A stretch of 62,298 bases of DNA, the filler included, from Sluysia triapertura (taxonomy: Eukaryota), in the NCBI GenBank assembly GCA_046118255.1. It is 5 parts of 5 records of this genome, joined end to end, with 100 filler letters (N's around TTAATTAATTAA, not from the genome) between each part and the next. Parts side by side here need not be neighbours in the genome. Positions count along the whole stretch, not along the records: positions 1 to 11,816 come from JBJNIA010167925.1; positions 11,917 to 23,339 come from JBJNIA010184923.1; 3 more parts are not named here. One strand, given 5' to 3'. Below the pieces are notes generated by a model. The model searched no databases. It saw nothing but the letters and a program-made list of their open reading frames with translations, and was not told the DNA's origin. Positions 1-14,068 of this stretch are shown here, piece after piece (the stretch's first letter is position 1; the number at the start of each line of letters is the position of its first letter). The translations under genes and the position numbers were made by a program.

Positions 1-70
<70 letters not shown>
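1..70. repeat. (AAT)n microsatellite
   Basis: Directly visible. Further (AAT/ATT)n tracts occur near 23207-23255, 24870-24950, 25802-25836, 28501-28553, 40386-40427, 40687-40745, 42180-42249, 43697-43763, 46072-46131, 46885-46953 and 61313-61370. Confidence 0.95.
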
Positions 71-74
<4 letters not shown>

Positions 75-122
75 TAATGATATACAATTATCTGCACTAT
101 AAAACTAAAAATTAATGTAGAC

Positions 123-3100
123 CTTTTCATATCCCCAATCGGTTTTTGACTGGGTCCATGCACTTTCGAGGATGGCACAATAGATCCATCGATTGGATTC
201 CTCATTATGCCAGGTGTAGTAGTATTACTAGTGCTACTTGGTAATTTCTGACCTGGTTTTTTCGTTGGAGGTGGCAACCCAGCAGCCATATGAATTGGAG
301 GTGAATTTTGATTAGATATAGTAGTCTGGGGGTATGGCTGCTGTTGCAGTTGTTGTTGAGTAGATTGCTTATTAAGCTTTGAGGTCAATTTGTCAACATT
401 AGAAATAGGCCTATCACTAATACGACCGGCTTCAAAACGAGAAATAGCAGACGTTTGAACTACAGCCGTAGAACTAGGATTAGTCGTCGCAGTAATGCCA
501 GGATTTGCTGAAGCTGTTGTTGCTCGAGTACCATTTGTACGAACTAAAAAAAGAATAAAATTTAAACCTAATATCTGATTAAACTTCTAAACCATTTTAA
601 AAATTATTGTAAAAAATAATACCTTTTCGTTTTAAACTCACTAATAATAAATAATTAAGTATTAAATTCGCATTAAAAAATTTCTCACTTGCCAATTTTA
701 ACTTATTATATCTTATTTCATTCGTGTCAAAAACATATTCTTTGATTTAGTTGGTTTATAGTTGATCTGCGATGTAATTGATTTTAACTTTACACGCTAA
801 ATTAGAGCTTGTTCTGAATCACTTAAGCAATATTTCAATTTTTAAGTTATTTTAAAATTAATTACTTTCGTTGATACTTGTGTTTTCTTAATTAAGTTCT
901 TCACATAAACTTTTGTTTAATTTGTCTTTGTTTAGCATATTATCACTCACCTTCATTTTTGAATTATTTAAAATTTATGAAAATGCAACATAGTCCTAAT
1001 TAAACAGTATAATGGAAAAAATTTTAAATGATATTAAAATTTAGAAAGCAAGATAAAGCGAATGAGGCAATTAAGAATATGTACATAAATCTTGAAACAA
1101 CGAAAAAGATCGCAGTGGTCCAAAGATAAAATATTTGGAAAACATCTTTAATAATCAAAGAATTTATTGAGAAAAGTGATGTTGCTGGTAAAAATGGTAA
1201 TTACAATAAAATTATTTTATAAATCTTAAGGAGAATTTTAAATATTTAAAATTATCGGTATAAGAAATATAAGAAACAAAAAATTAAAAGAATTTAATGC
1301 ATCAGTGGCGAAAAGACAATATAGTTCTGAAGAGCTTGCTTGAATCAGAATGAATGAAACAAAAGAACTTCTGAGTAATGGAATATTCGAATTAAGTAAT
1401 TAAGTAATGAGATATTCGGATTGCCATATAAGCTCCTCATACGTAAATAATCTGTGTTTAAAATCAAACTTTTATTTTGAAAGTATGTAGCCACTAACAA
1501 ATATAAACCTTCCTGTCAGGTCATTTTTAAATGAGTCATCTTGTTCTAAGCACTAAACGTACCACGACTGGTCAAATGACCGTTTTTAGTTTTTACTTTA
1601 AAATAATACTAAAGAAATTGTATTGGTTTTACCATTCTATAATATGACTTTTAATTTTATGTATAACTTTATATATAGGTACGTGTCAAATAACGAGTGA
1701 TTGCATGAAGAGGTATACGTCAAACCTTCGTAGGTTTAGTGTTAAAATTTATATAGAAAGCACAGTAATAATGCGATAAGTTGTAGGTTTTATACCAATT
1801 ACTTCAAAAATCTAGAAGTAGATATCAGACAGAGCCAAATAAGTAGTAGATTACGAAATATTTGAAAAATATTGTAAAAAATGGTATTTAACCCAGATAA
1901 TAGTGCTTTATAAATTAATGTTTTATTTATTTCTCTATAAGTTACTATTTCGTTAAAATGTTAAACGTAGAAACTTAACAAATGAATTTTTTTCGTCTAC
2001 CAATCCTAGTTGTGGCAAAAATCGCTGAGGACTTGTTTTCAGGAATTTAAAATTAAAATCACACTTCTCATAAATTAATAGAATAATAATAATAATAATA
2101 AATAATAGCGAGTTTAAAATTTCAAATAATTTTTATTAATTTTATTAAACAAATTTAAAGAAAATCAACATAATCATATAAAACTCATCATAAAGGTTTT
2201 AATTATATTTCTATTTTAACTAGACAAAAAATAACTTCAAAAGGCATGCGATTATATTACGATAGAAACACGATGTCTTAAAAATTAAATAATTAAGTTG
2301 ATCTAGTTAGAATGATATTTTTGAAATCAAAGAGTGACCAATGATAGTAGTACAATCACAATAAATATGGTAGTTTATATAAATTTTGGCTCAAAGATTA
2401 TGAAATTAAAACGCAAGTACCGATTAATTATGTGGTGCTCATATAATGAATTAAAATGGATTTGTTGATTCATTTGGAATTATCCTTGTTTTATCTGCCA
2501 TTTTTATAATATCCACACAATTATTCTGATAACCTTCTCAAATAGAACCAATGAAATATTGCCAAAAAATGCAATTACAATCCGGATTTTAAACAAGAAG
2601 CACTTCAAGATTAAAACAAGAAAATCATGTTTATTATCAAAAAATGTAAAATAAATCAATAATTATAAAGACTCAATATTTAAATTTGAATTTAGAAAAT
2701 ACTTGTAAACATTAAATATGTTATTCCAAAGTGGTAGTAAAATGAAGTTCCCTTTTTCAGTTAATATGATTTTATTTAACCTATTTTTTATTGAATTTCG
2801 TGAGATAGGAGCTTAAATTCTATTTAAAATTATAGAATTTGTGAAACTTGATTTTTTAAAAAACCGCATAAAAAATTCCACTCTGTTCATAATTTATATT
2901 GATTTGGCCGTATATGGTCTTATGACACTCAACAGATTAATCTGTGTTCATCAACTATGAAATTATTTTTGAGTTTAATATGTCTTTAACTTGATTCATG
3001 TTTACAACTTTCGAAACTTGATTAAATTGAGTTTAAATATCTTGACATTGCTTAAATAATCTCTGCTTGTAAGAAATAGAAAGTTTTAGGAACCGATTAT

Positions 3101-6100
3101 GACATCTCGAGATTGAAATCCCATTCCTAACATAATATCTCACTGTACAAAAGACGACTTTAACGCATCTTCTGGATGGCTTTACAGATTTCAGAAACGT
3201 CATGATATCCGTGAGCTTTCAATCGAAGAAATCGCCTTAGCGGAGATTTTGACTGCGCTACTAAATTCCGGATTGAATTTGAGGTATATGTTCAAGTAAA
3301 TGATTTAATACCTGACGAGACAGGCTTATACTAGAATTGTTTGTCCACAAAGACGCATACTTTGTCTAATGAATCATTGACTCCAGGCCAAAAATCATCA
3401 AAAGAACGTATCACAATCATATACTGTGGCAACCTATCTGGAACTCAAAAATGAAACTTCTCCTGATTGGAAAAGCAAATAAGCCAAGATCATTTAAAGT
3501 AACATAAATAAAGAATCATCCTGTTGACTACTACAATCAAAAAGGAGCACGGATGGACAGAAAGATCTTTGAACATTTGTTTAAATATAAATGGGTCCAA
3601 GAAATTCGAGTTTTTTTAAGTAAAGGATTGCCACAGAAGGCAGTATTGGTATTAGATTATGCTCCTTGTTACCCAAATGAAAGCTACTGAAAACAGACGG
3701 CGGCCTTATACCTGCAAAATTTTACCACCTAATGTAACATCTTTAATTCAAGCTATGGATAAAGGACTTATCTCTTTAATGAAACACCATTATTGCAATG
3801 ATCTCCTTAGAAGCTTTTGCAGCGGGAATGACGATTTAATGGATGCAATTTATGGAGCTGTTAAATCTTGGAACAAAATTAAGCCAATAACACTAGTTCG
3901 ATTGTGGTTGAAAACTTTGTCAAATGTAGAAAGTAATGTTTCGGGTTCTATCGAACCTAAGATGTAACATTTCAGAATTATGTGAACTAATGAAAAATTT
4001 AAATGGCTTTGAAAATGTTGTTGACCAAAATAGTGTGAAATTGATGAAATTTGCTTCATCTGATCCAGGATTCCAGATACAGAATGACACTGATATTATT
4101 TCAAATCCAAATGAAAATGAAAGTGAGACAAAGTGGGGCAGAAGATATTACCAATCGTATTAGTCACGACACGGCGCTGACTTGTGTTGATATTTTACTA
4201 GAATACGTCGACTATAACGATATAATATCTGTAAGAAAAATTCGATATAATATTAAAGTCAGTAAGAAATTCACTTAAACAAAATTACCCATTTTTAAAT
4301 AAAGCATTGAATGTATTTTTATTGTTTTTGTATTATACTAGTATTATTATTATTATTTTGCGGATTATCCGTGCCGACTTGCACCATCATTAGCCCGAAT
4401 AATCGGGATTTTACTGTATTTGATTTTTTATTCTACAAACAGAAATTCTTAGGTAAAATTCAAATTAAAACATGAAGCCATTTTTATTAAACTATACATT
4501 ATTTGATTTCGCTAAGATGCAAATTTGTTCCGTATTAATACATTCACTGAATCTGATTTTACAAGCCAATATTCGAAAGTGACTTTAATATTTCTACTTC
4601 TGTTACACTTTCTCCAACATGCCGATTATTTCTTTTGCCTCTACTTTATATTCTGTTATTTCTTTGATGTTAGAATCTTTAGGTTCAAATGGCACTTTTG
4701 TTTTCGAAAATTTAATGTCAATCAGATAAATTAATGCAACTGAATGCTTTCCTGATACATGATACAAATTTTAAAGGAAAACATGCGTAAGTATAAAATT
4801 TGCTCCTAAATTTGCCGATTTGAAAGTTATATGGATTATTTTCATATTATATTTTTTTGGTAAACTTAAATTTTGTTTTTGTCCGAAATATTTAACTTTG
4901 ATTCTTTGAAAATCCTAAAAATTGCTATTATTTTTCAAAAATTTTAGTATGAAAATAACTCCAACACATTTCATTGATTAATAAATTCTAATTATCTTTT
5001 TTCATTTATTGATATTTTTATATTTTCAAATGCTCCATTGTTGTGACCACTCCAATACTATTGAATAATTCTTCAATAATTCTTCCATATTCAAAACAAA
5101 AAAATAAAACTAAAAATTTCATTTAGTTTTATTTACAAAAATAGAATTTTATATTGTTTTTAAAACGATTATCTATTATTTTACTTTTAAAATGCAAAAT
5201 TTTGATACGCGCCATGTTTAAACTTAAAAGAAATTATAACTATATAAGTCAACAAACTATTCAATTTTAAATCACGTTTAGTATCACCAGAGGGTCTTGC
5301 TGATACATCTTTTGATATTGCACCACGAGTTGCAGATTCCAAAGCTTGTTTATTTCCCGTCATGCAGCTAATACCACTAATTCCTGGTTGTGGGTTTTGT
5401 TGCTTCAGCTGGCTACTATTTGCAGCGATATTTGATCCTTAATTTAATCAGCATTATTTAATGAGAAAATATATTTTGTTAACAATTTTAATATCTTATA
5501 CACTAAGTAGTATTATTTACTTTACTTTTTGAATGTTTATTACCAAATTTGTAAACTAAGAAAAAAGTGGTAAAGAGAGTAAAAATACGATTTTATATTT
5601 TGTTTATTTCCATTCATTTACACATTTACATAAACGAGACTAGTTTTACTTATATCATATTGGTTTGTTTGTTGTGAGTTAAATTATTACGATACAATGT
5701 AGATTTTATATCAGATGTATAAAGTACATTTAGACGTCCGGTCCGATGTGGTAATTTACAGGGTGAGTCAGAAGTAACCGGATAATCATGATATACGTGA
5801 TCTAAGTGTACAGAAATGCGTTTAGGTCAATCAGTCGGTTGATTTCTTGATGTAAACTCAGTAAACTTACAAATAGCCCATTTAAGTGATCTGAATGCAT
5901 GTGAATAAGCTTCCTCATTTCTTTCTTTGGAGGTGTTACAGAATTCAGTGTATGTCAAAAGCAGTGACAATGATAATTAATTTTTGCACAGGAATTAGTG
6001 AATACTTATGCCGAAATGTTTGCTATTCTGTCGTTCGAAGAACTGCAAAATGCATTGAAGGCCAACATTTTGAGCATTTACTTCGTTAGATTATGTACAT

Positions 6101-9100
6101 AATTTTAATATGTAATATTACATTGGATTTTTATAACTTGTGTCATTATGACTGCCAGATTACTTCTGACTCACCATGTATATTGAAATGTAAAGTTACT
6201 GAAATATATATAGGGAAATATTGTGCAAATTGAATAATCAATTATTCAATTCACAGATATGTTTCAGCAATATTCATAACCATACTTTATATATTTAATG
6301 TAATATCTACATTTATTAGGAATTTGAGGCCTATTTTTAATTAATTCAAGAAATCGATTTCAAAAATACGGTACGGTTCAATTTTGTTAACTAAAATTCC
6401 TAAATCTCGATTGTATTCAACAATTTCACAGCAACTAAACTAAGTGCTATGTTTAAATTTAAATTAGATTTTATTAAAATTTCCTCAATAGAACAGCTGC
6501 AACTACATATGAAATTTTCTATCGTGTTCTCAATTCTTCTACATATTTCCAATTTTTATTAAACTTTATTAACAATTGATTTTCACGGACGATACTGGAG
6601 CAGTGAGATCCTTTTAGTTTAAATTACATAAGGATTATCCACTTCGATTTCCATCTTCAATTATTGTTTCAGAAACATCTCACTTGGCAAACACGCCATC
6701 TAACAGAACACACACTAAGCATTTCCTTTTAGTGGAGAATTTTGTAACTGATACACAACGAAAGCAATAAGGATTTTAGATTTCCACCAATAAGGTTTGA
6801 TAATTCAACGTTACCTGAAATTTTAATGAATGACTAGGACTTAATATTATTGGAAATATTTCCTTTCATTTTGATAATTAGACGAGGATTTTGATTGTAT
6901 AATCATACTTTCGCGATTCAATCTAGATTCAGAGTTTACAATTTGATTTTGATATTATACTATTTCTAGAAACGAAAACTTTTCAGTAACTCGTATTCTT
7001 GATATGTGGCAAATCAAGCTACCGTGTGAAAATAAAAACGATTAATTAAATCTAACAAACTACCTGATAAACTACTCATTCCTTCGAATTATTTAGCTTC
7101 GTATTCCAATCTATCAAACTTAAAAAATATATTACATTAGCATAATGAACTATGATGGCTTCATGTTTTTATAAACATTAATATCAAAGTTTTTTTGTAG
7201 TGATAAATTATTACACACAACGAATTCATATAACAAAGTTATTATATTTAGATCATACCTAATGAGTAACATTTAAATCTTAGAATTAGATGAAACTATT
7301 GTTAAGACTACAAATTGCTCCAGAAAGTGAAACAGCAAAAAAACTATTAGAAAACTATACAATATTTTCTAATTAAAATAAACTCAATAAGAATTGTTAA
7401 TATTACAAATAACATAGTTCATCCTCGAGATAAATTGAATATATTAAGATTATAATTTTGAATAAATTAATGCAGTTTCAATTATACAACTGAATTTTTA
7501 TTGATAATAATGCTAATTTTCTTTAAGCAGCTGAAACAGAAACACAAATAATATAATAACCAGTATTACTGGACGAAACTACATTGTAACTGTGTACAGT
7601 AGCTGCATTTGGAACTCCTGAATTACCATTGATCTGCTGTCTGAACAAAAATATTTTTAAATATTTAATAGCTTAAGTTATTAATAAGAAAAATCATAGT
7701 AACTCAAAATGTATAATTTATTAACATGATGGCTGACATGGCACGTAGATCAGATTTCAAGATGACTGCTTTAGCCGTCATGTCCATCAACATGTTAATT
7801 TGATTGTAAGTATATCTGATGATAACGAATGTAGTTATTTACTCCTAATTAATAATTAATTAATTATAAAGAATTTTTAATCTTAATTTTATGAATCGGT
7901 ATCATCCAGAAAAATCCAACTTGTATATTAATTAATTAATTAAATAATATTATAAAATACAGGGTTATGCATTAATATATTTAAAATTTAATGACAAATC
8001 ATTTTAAAAGATTGTGTTTTTGATGTAAAATTTAAAACTGAAATGTTTTTAAAAAATTAAATCAAAATTTTTAATCATTTATTACAAATATTAGAAATGT
8101 TACAAATATAAAAAAACCAAACCAAATATTAGATGAATTCTTGTCTGCTTAATGTCTTCAATCCATTCCTCACATTTCTAAACCGAACACCATATTCAGG
8201 TATTTCATTTCTAATGATTTCTGCCCTCATTGTAGTGAAGTTGATAAACCCTGATAATTTCGATTCTTCAAGTGGTTAAGCTGAGGGTAAGATGGAAATA
8301 ATTTGTAAGGTATGCTTTTCTCTCTTAATAAATTTATCACATCTCTTCTATGATGAAATTTGCCTCTATCTATCATTAAAACGTCATTTTCAAATATTTG
8401 AAAATATTTATGTGCACTAAATTCTAAAGAGTCGCCATTAAATGCCCCATCTTTTATTTCAAATGCAATTTGTTTGTACCCCTCTTTCCATTTATTATTT
8501 TGAATGACTTGGCATTTTATGGAGAATAACAATAGTTTCTTACTTCGTGTAAGTTAATATCAGTCTCATCCAAGAAAACTAAATAAGAATTTTCAACATG
8601 TTCGACTGATCTAGCATACATTTGCCTTTCAGCAATATTTTTGTTAGAGTTTTGTTCTAATGGAATTTTAACTAGCCTTTTCCAAGTAAATTCCATAGTC
8701 TTGAGGATTTTTGAAACTGAACTTTGAAAAGTATAAAACCCTTCTGATTCTAGCTCCAAAACCCACTCATTTTGATTGCAGGAGCTATCTTTGAGATGTA
8801 ATGAGATATTGTTTTTTATTTCGGATCTTGATAAAGGTTTTCTCCCTCTCTTCGCTCCAATATCTCTTCATCACTTATATTATCTGCCATTTTCGAAATT
8901 ATGTGCACTATTTGTACAGATATGCTTAAGCATCTTCTGCAATTTCTTTAGCTGAACAATCTTTATCAAACATCTTACGTATTCTTCTTAATGGATTGTT
9001 TTTTCTAATTTTTCTTGCCCTCTCATGTATATTTTCATCTGATAAGTTTCATTCTTCTTCCATGTAATAAATTTTTTATAATTAAAAATAGGCAAACCAA

Positions 9101-11508
9101 GATTTATTAAAATCATGATTATTTATATTATTTCATAATTTAAATATATTAATGAAATTAATAATAATTTCATTTTCTTAGAAATGCTGCAGTTTTCTTA
9201 ACACTTAACATAGGGCAAAATATTTTTCGAGCAAGGTCCGGTTACAACAAACTACTTACAACATATGGTGGACGTTTATGTAACTTTACAAGCTACTATT
9301 TTATCTGAATATAAATGCTCTGTAGTCAGGAGACTTAACAAATGTTCAAATAGTGTAATTTTCCCAAAATTTTATTAATTTACTCTACAGCTTTTAATAA
9401 TTAAATAGAAACGAAAATATTAACTTTATTACACAAAAATACAAAGTTCTCTAGCAATAAAACAGTATTTTAGAGATAATGGCTCCAAGAGCGTCTTATC
9501 TAATAACTATATTATTTTGAGTATAAATTACCCCTCAATATATCGAGACTTAATAATTAAAATAACTGAAAATTTAAGTCAAATTTATAATTTCATTATT
9601 TATAATATTATATTGGGTTGGTGCATAAATTCGTGCGGTTTTATTTGTTTCAAAGAAAACTTCTTGTTTTAACTGATTTGAGTTATATTCATTCAGCTGA
9701 ATTATCTATTTAAATAATTTTAGACTTTCATTTTCATTACCCTCATTAAAAAGGAGGGTATCTACTTCCGGCATCTACTCCTTTTCTATTTTAATCAACA
9801 TTTAAATGCTGCAGAAGCCACCAGAATGATTTCTTGCGTTTATGGAGAAAAGGCAGTCAATGAACGAACTGCACAAAAGTGGTTTTCGAAATTACCAAGC
9901 TGGAAGGAATAGGTCGATTGAGAGTGAGACATTTGTTTTTCTAATGATTTAATAAATTCATTTCATTACCTGCAAATTTTTGCATGGTTTTCATAATTGT
10001 AAAAAACCGCTCGAACTTATGCACCAACCCATTATAATTTACCAATACATGGAATAAAATCGAATTGTAGTTCGCTGAATATTGCACAAGTGTTGAACAT
10101 ATTGTGAACGGATTACTAAAATTTCACAATTACTCCAAAAAATCAAAACGGTGACATTGCAAATTTGATGTAAAAACTTTTTCAAATTCAAAATGGAGAT
10201 TTACAAAAGGTGACTAATTTAAAATTTCAAAATGGCTGAATTAACAAAGCTGATGCTAGTTTAGATTCTAGTCATCAACCAATAGAAATCGATGGAATGT
10301 TCTAGATAATTCTAGTAGCTTCAATTCTATTTTTAGGAGCTGCTATTTTATTTTTTCGAAAAATAATTTTCTTTTTGGAAAATATGAAATTTAAATATTT
10401 TTGTTTAATAATAATAAAAATAAATTTAATGTAAAGTGTCGAACTGAATCTAATTTAAATACCAATAAAGTGTCATTTAAATGCAGTGCTAATGAATCAT
10501 AGCGAACATAACGTACACTCAAACCTGTTTTTATGTGCATAAAAAAGGACCGCATAAAAACAGGTTTAAGTGTATATTATTTGGAAAATACTTCATATTC
10601 GAATCAAACAAGTGTATTATTTTATTGGTAATATTAAATTTACAGAAAAAGCAATTTTAATGGAATTATATTTTGAATATATTTTATAAAAAGAGTTCCA
10701 GGTCATTTCATTGTTGATGAATAAAATCAAGAATTAAACGAATTACGTTTATTATCCGTAGGAGCAACATTCTCCTAGTTAAGAATTTAAATAGATAAAT
10801 ACAATTTGTTATTCATTTGTTAGTGATAATATAATCATTTTCTATTTAGATCAAATATAACAAAAAAACACCAAATTTCTTAAAGATAATTTTAATCTTT
10901 ATAAATGGCAAATTAAGTACATTTTTTCTAGTTACTCTTTTAAAACTCAGATCTATTTCTGTTTGGCTTTCGCTTTGTTTAATGAATGTCACAATGATCA
11001 GTACATATTTATTTACATAATTTTTAGAACGAAATTAAAATAATCATTTAGTATTTTAAGATTGCCAAAGCTGAAAGTTTTTAATGTTTTCATTTAAATG
11101 TATTCGAACATTAATTTAGTATGTTTTTACAAAAATATTTTTATTTATCTGAAAAGTTTTTTATTTGATTGTCCTCAAATTAAATAGTATAATGATGTTA
11201 ATATAATCTACTTTTTACCTTTTGTAAAAATATGAATTGTGTAAATAGATAATTAACCTTGATGATGCATTACTACCTATCAAATCAGCATCTTGCATTG
11301 CAGATCGATCTTCTAATAGGAAATAAGTAGCTGTAACATTGTCAAAATTTTCATCTCGTAAAGAATTTTCAATATCATTTCGGTTAAAGCCCATGTTTAC
11401 CATCAATTCCAAACGAATAGGATCGTCATATATTTGAGGTGGTTCACGATATGGTGCCAAAGTGTTGTCTTCATATCCAATATTCATCCATCTATCTTTC
11501 ATAACATT
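123..11508 (-). CDS. MARK: MARK/PAR-1 family Ser/Thr kinase, partial: end of kinase domain, UBA domain and low-complexity spacer. Kinase exons lie beyond the gap and KA1 exons beyond the left edge.
   Basis: Four exons with GT-AG ends and consistent phases: 11258-11508 (NVMKDRWMNIGYEDNTLAPYREPP...RLELMVNMGFNRNDIENSLRDENFDNVTATYFLL, the MARK kinase-end/CD/UBA signature), 7561-7640 (QQINGNSGVPNAATVHSY...), 5276-5437 (SNIAANSSQLKQQ...SARPSGDTK) and 123-543 (RTNGTRATTASANPG...QKPIGDMK). Joined, they read without a stop. Confidence 0.88.
1551..1741. mobile_element. piggyBac-type MITE
   Basis: Termini CACTAAACGTACC ... CGTAGGTTTAGTG form an imperfect inverted repeat. Right flank is TTAA, left flank is TAAG (decayed). 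Subterminal GGTCAAATGACCG motif. Confidence 0.6.
3150..4416 (+). mobile_element. Decayed pogo/Tigger (CENP-B-like, DDE_1) DNA transposon in a MARK intron
   Basis: Frame-broken motifs FNASSGWLYRFQKRH (Tc5-type HTH), DETGL, SKERIT, LLLIGKANKPRSFK, VLVLDYAP and LPPNVTSLIQAMDKGLI. The right TIR ends ...GGGATTTTACTG followed by TA. Confidence 0.88.
5759..6178 (+). mobile_element. Internally deleted Tc1/mariner element
   Basis: TA|CAGGGTGAGTCAGAAGTAA ... TTACTTCTGACTCACCATG|TA. Internal transposase C-terminal remnant (SDLN..FFLW...GQHFEHLL). Confidence 0.85.
7725..7794. mobile_element. 70-bp TTAA-flanked mini-MITE (piggyBac type)
   Basis: TTAA|CATGATGGCTGACATG ... CATGTCCATCAACATG|TTAA. Confidence 0.55.
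7960..9160 (-). mobile_element. Decayed IS630/Tc1-like DDE transposon
   Basis: Minus-strand ORFs 8517-8759 (SVSKILKTMEFTWKRL...LVFLDETDINLH) and 8227-8532 (LMIDRGKFHH...LFPSYPQLNHL) match IS630/Tc1 DDE motifs. The imperfect inverted repeat CATTAATATATTTAAA occurs near 7970 and 9140-9153. Confidence 0.8.
9613..10032 (+). mobile_element. Internally deleted mariner element
   Basis: TA|TTGGGTTGGTGCATAAATTCGTGCGGTTTT ... AAAACCGCTCGAACTTATGCACCAACCCAT|TA. Internal RHLLLFYFNQHLNAAEATRMISCVYGEKAVNERTAQKWFSK is a mariner N-terminal HTH. Confidence 0.9.
10516..10572. mobile_element. 57-bp hairpin MITE (TA-flanked, pogo/Tc1 type)
   Basis: TA|CACTCAAACCTGTTTTTATGTG ... CGCATAAAAACAGGTTTAAGTG|TA. Confidence 0.7.
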
Positions 11509-11816
11509 CTAAATCGTAATATAAAAATAATTTAATTAAGTTTGATCTAAACATTACAAAGATACAGTAAATCCATTAAGTTTATCAGAAATAGAATTAA
11601 TATAAGTAAATGTTATTTTAAAAAAAAGTTATGTAGGGTAAGGTTGCTCAAGTCGTACTACTGCTTAGGTCATACCACATGCATTTTGCAAGATACAGCG
11701 ACACCAACATATACGTCGGCAATTAAATATACATCTGAATGAGCTAAGTTGTGTGACATATTACTATTTACCGTAAGCAAGCCACGTTGTAAATTTTCTC
11801 ATCAAGTAAGTTTATT

Positions 11817-11916
11817 NNNNNNNNNNNNNNNNNNNNNNNNNNNNNNNNNNNNNNNNNNNNTTAATTAATTAANNNNNNNNNNNNNNNNNNNNNNNNNNNN
11901 NNNNNNNNNNNNNNNN
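11817..11916. other. Artificial contig linker (N44-TTAATTAATTAA-N44)
   Basis: 100-nt spacer with stop codons in all six frames; identical at all four gaps. Confidence 0.97.
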
Positions 11917-13039
11917 TATTATATAATATAATATAATATAATATAATATAATATAATATATTATACATTATTTATAACAATCGGAAAAAGGGAGATTATT
12001 TTTACAAATAGTTCAAATTAATCATATCCATTCTTCAGTTACACTTTGTGTGCTGGCGGGACAAATCTATTCGGGTTTGGTTTATCTTTACTATTCCTAG
12101 AATTAGGTTTTATGATATTCATATTTATCTCAAATTTTCTCATTCATCCTTTTATAGTATTATTTACATTATTAGTGTCCAAACTAGATGGAATTTTAAA
12201 TCTGTGTTCATTATGTTTGTTTTACATTCATGTAACTTTTAAATTTTTATTATCTTAAAATTTATTCATAATTATTTCTCATTTTTAATTTTAATTAATC
12301 TTAATTTTGTTTTTAAAAGATTTTGTTTTTAAAGGTCTAAGGCCTGGCGAAACTAATAGGCACAATTTTAGAAAGTTGGTTCATTCATTACAAAAAAGAA
12401 CAGAAAAAACGCAAAAATTGATCTTTTTCTAATTGTTTGAAAATAACTTTCATTAAATGTGCTTGCAGACCACAACTACAATCACTTTTTAATAAATAAA
12501 CAGTTTTTTTCGAATTCAGTTAAACAAGTACCGTACTACATCACCACAGCTATTTTCAAAGCATCTAGATTAACAGCTTTTACCCAAATATTGTTAACAT
12601 TTTATCATTAGTTCGTCAACGTCTGTTGATTTCAAATATAAAAATAATACCATAATTTGGTACTGAAAATAATTCAATTAACAAAAGTTTGACACAAAAG
12701 TCATGTCTATCTTCAAGTACTTAGTAAGCATGGATTATAAGAAAACATTAATAATATTAAATACAAATTGATAATATGCATCTCTATAGTTTATCTCAAA
12801 CTAGTTATTTTATCAACAGTTTCTTGTAAAGGATATCGCGATATCACGTAACATACCATATTCAGAAATTGCTAGTGTCTGTGAATTAGGTTGCAATACA
12901 TATTTAAAATCAGCTAAATTTTTCGTATCACGTTTAAAGATTTCTGGTGATTATGCAAAAGACCCAGTTGTTTACACAGAAAAGGAAACACTAGCAACAA
13001 GACGAAAGAGAAGATAGGACAAAATAGTTGAAAAAACAG

Positions 13040-14030
13040 TTAATATGCGTACTTATCAAATCAAAGGGATAAGGATTTTAAACAGGTAAATATAAAGCAA
13101 GAAGACCAATTGAATTAGGACAAGCTGATTTAATTTCCATATTCAAAAATTAATATGGTTACGAATACGTTTTAAATTGTGTTGATGTGATTTTAAGATT
13201 TGTAAAGCCGTACCAGTTAAATGAAAAAATGGTAAAGGTATCAGTAAAGCAGTATCGACATTAATTAAAAACGACAAATCTATAAATTTTCAAATTGATT
13301 TAATTAAAGAGTTTTACAATAATTATGCGAAAAATGTACTAAAAAAACATGGAAATAATCATTATTCAGTGTTTGGTCAGACAAGGCTGCATTAGTTGGA
13401 CGATTTAACACTAGAAGAACCAAGTGCGTCAATTGACGCAAATGACATATATGAATAATGCCATCACCGGAGTTTACATGAGAAAATTATGAACAAAAAA
13501 TACGATGATGTCATAACCTTAATTCCAACACACTTCTGAAAGTATCAGCCAATTACAAGCTTGTGGGCCTTATAGGTATTAAATATTCTGGCCTTCTAGT
13601 GTTAATCGAAACAAGGTAATAATAGATGATAAATGTATTATCTAATATAACTGATGAATATAATCACAGTAAACACCAAAGACATTAAGGATACAAACCT
13701 GCACATATTAAATCAACTAATTTTATGGAAATGAGACGAAAACATAATTTAGAACAAACAAAGAAACAAATATAAAATTGGTAAGAATTTCAACAACACC
13801 GCTCATCAAAACTTTAATAATAATTTGAGTGATACACTATTTCACGACCATGAAATCATATAATGTATGTATTAAAGGACGATACCAGGAATATTTTATC
13901 ATGAAGAATTAAGGTTTGACCTTAAAAATACGATGACTATGGCACTGGAAGAATTTTAGAAAATAAAGGTAAAGGAAAAACCAATTGTTGGATATAAACA
14001 AACTTGAATCGATACTTGAATCTCAATTAG
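13040..14030 (+). pseudogene. Polinton-type retroviral-like (rve) integrase pseudogene
   Basis: Frame-broken motifs ELGQADLI, YGYEYVLNCVDV, AVPVK*KNG, FQIDLIKEFYN, VLKKHGNNHYSV, KAALVGRFN, VLSNITDEYNHSKH..GYKP, KYKIG and FYHEEL occur in the order typical of Maverick integrases. Confidence 0.85.
13409..13601. mobile_element. piggyBac-type MITE inserted in the Polinton integrase
   Basis: TTAA|CACTAGAAG ... CTTCTAGTG|TTAA. Removing it restores GGA CGA TTT AAT CGA (GRFNR). Confidence 0.82.
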
Positions 14031-14068
14031 TGATATAAACATCAACGTAATTTATTTAATATCATAAA

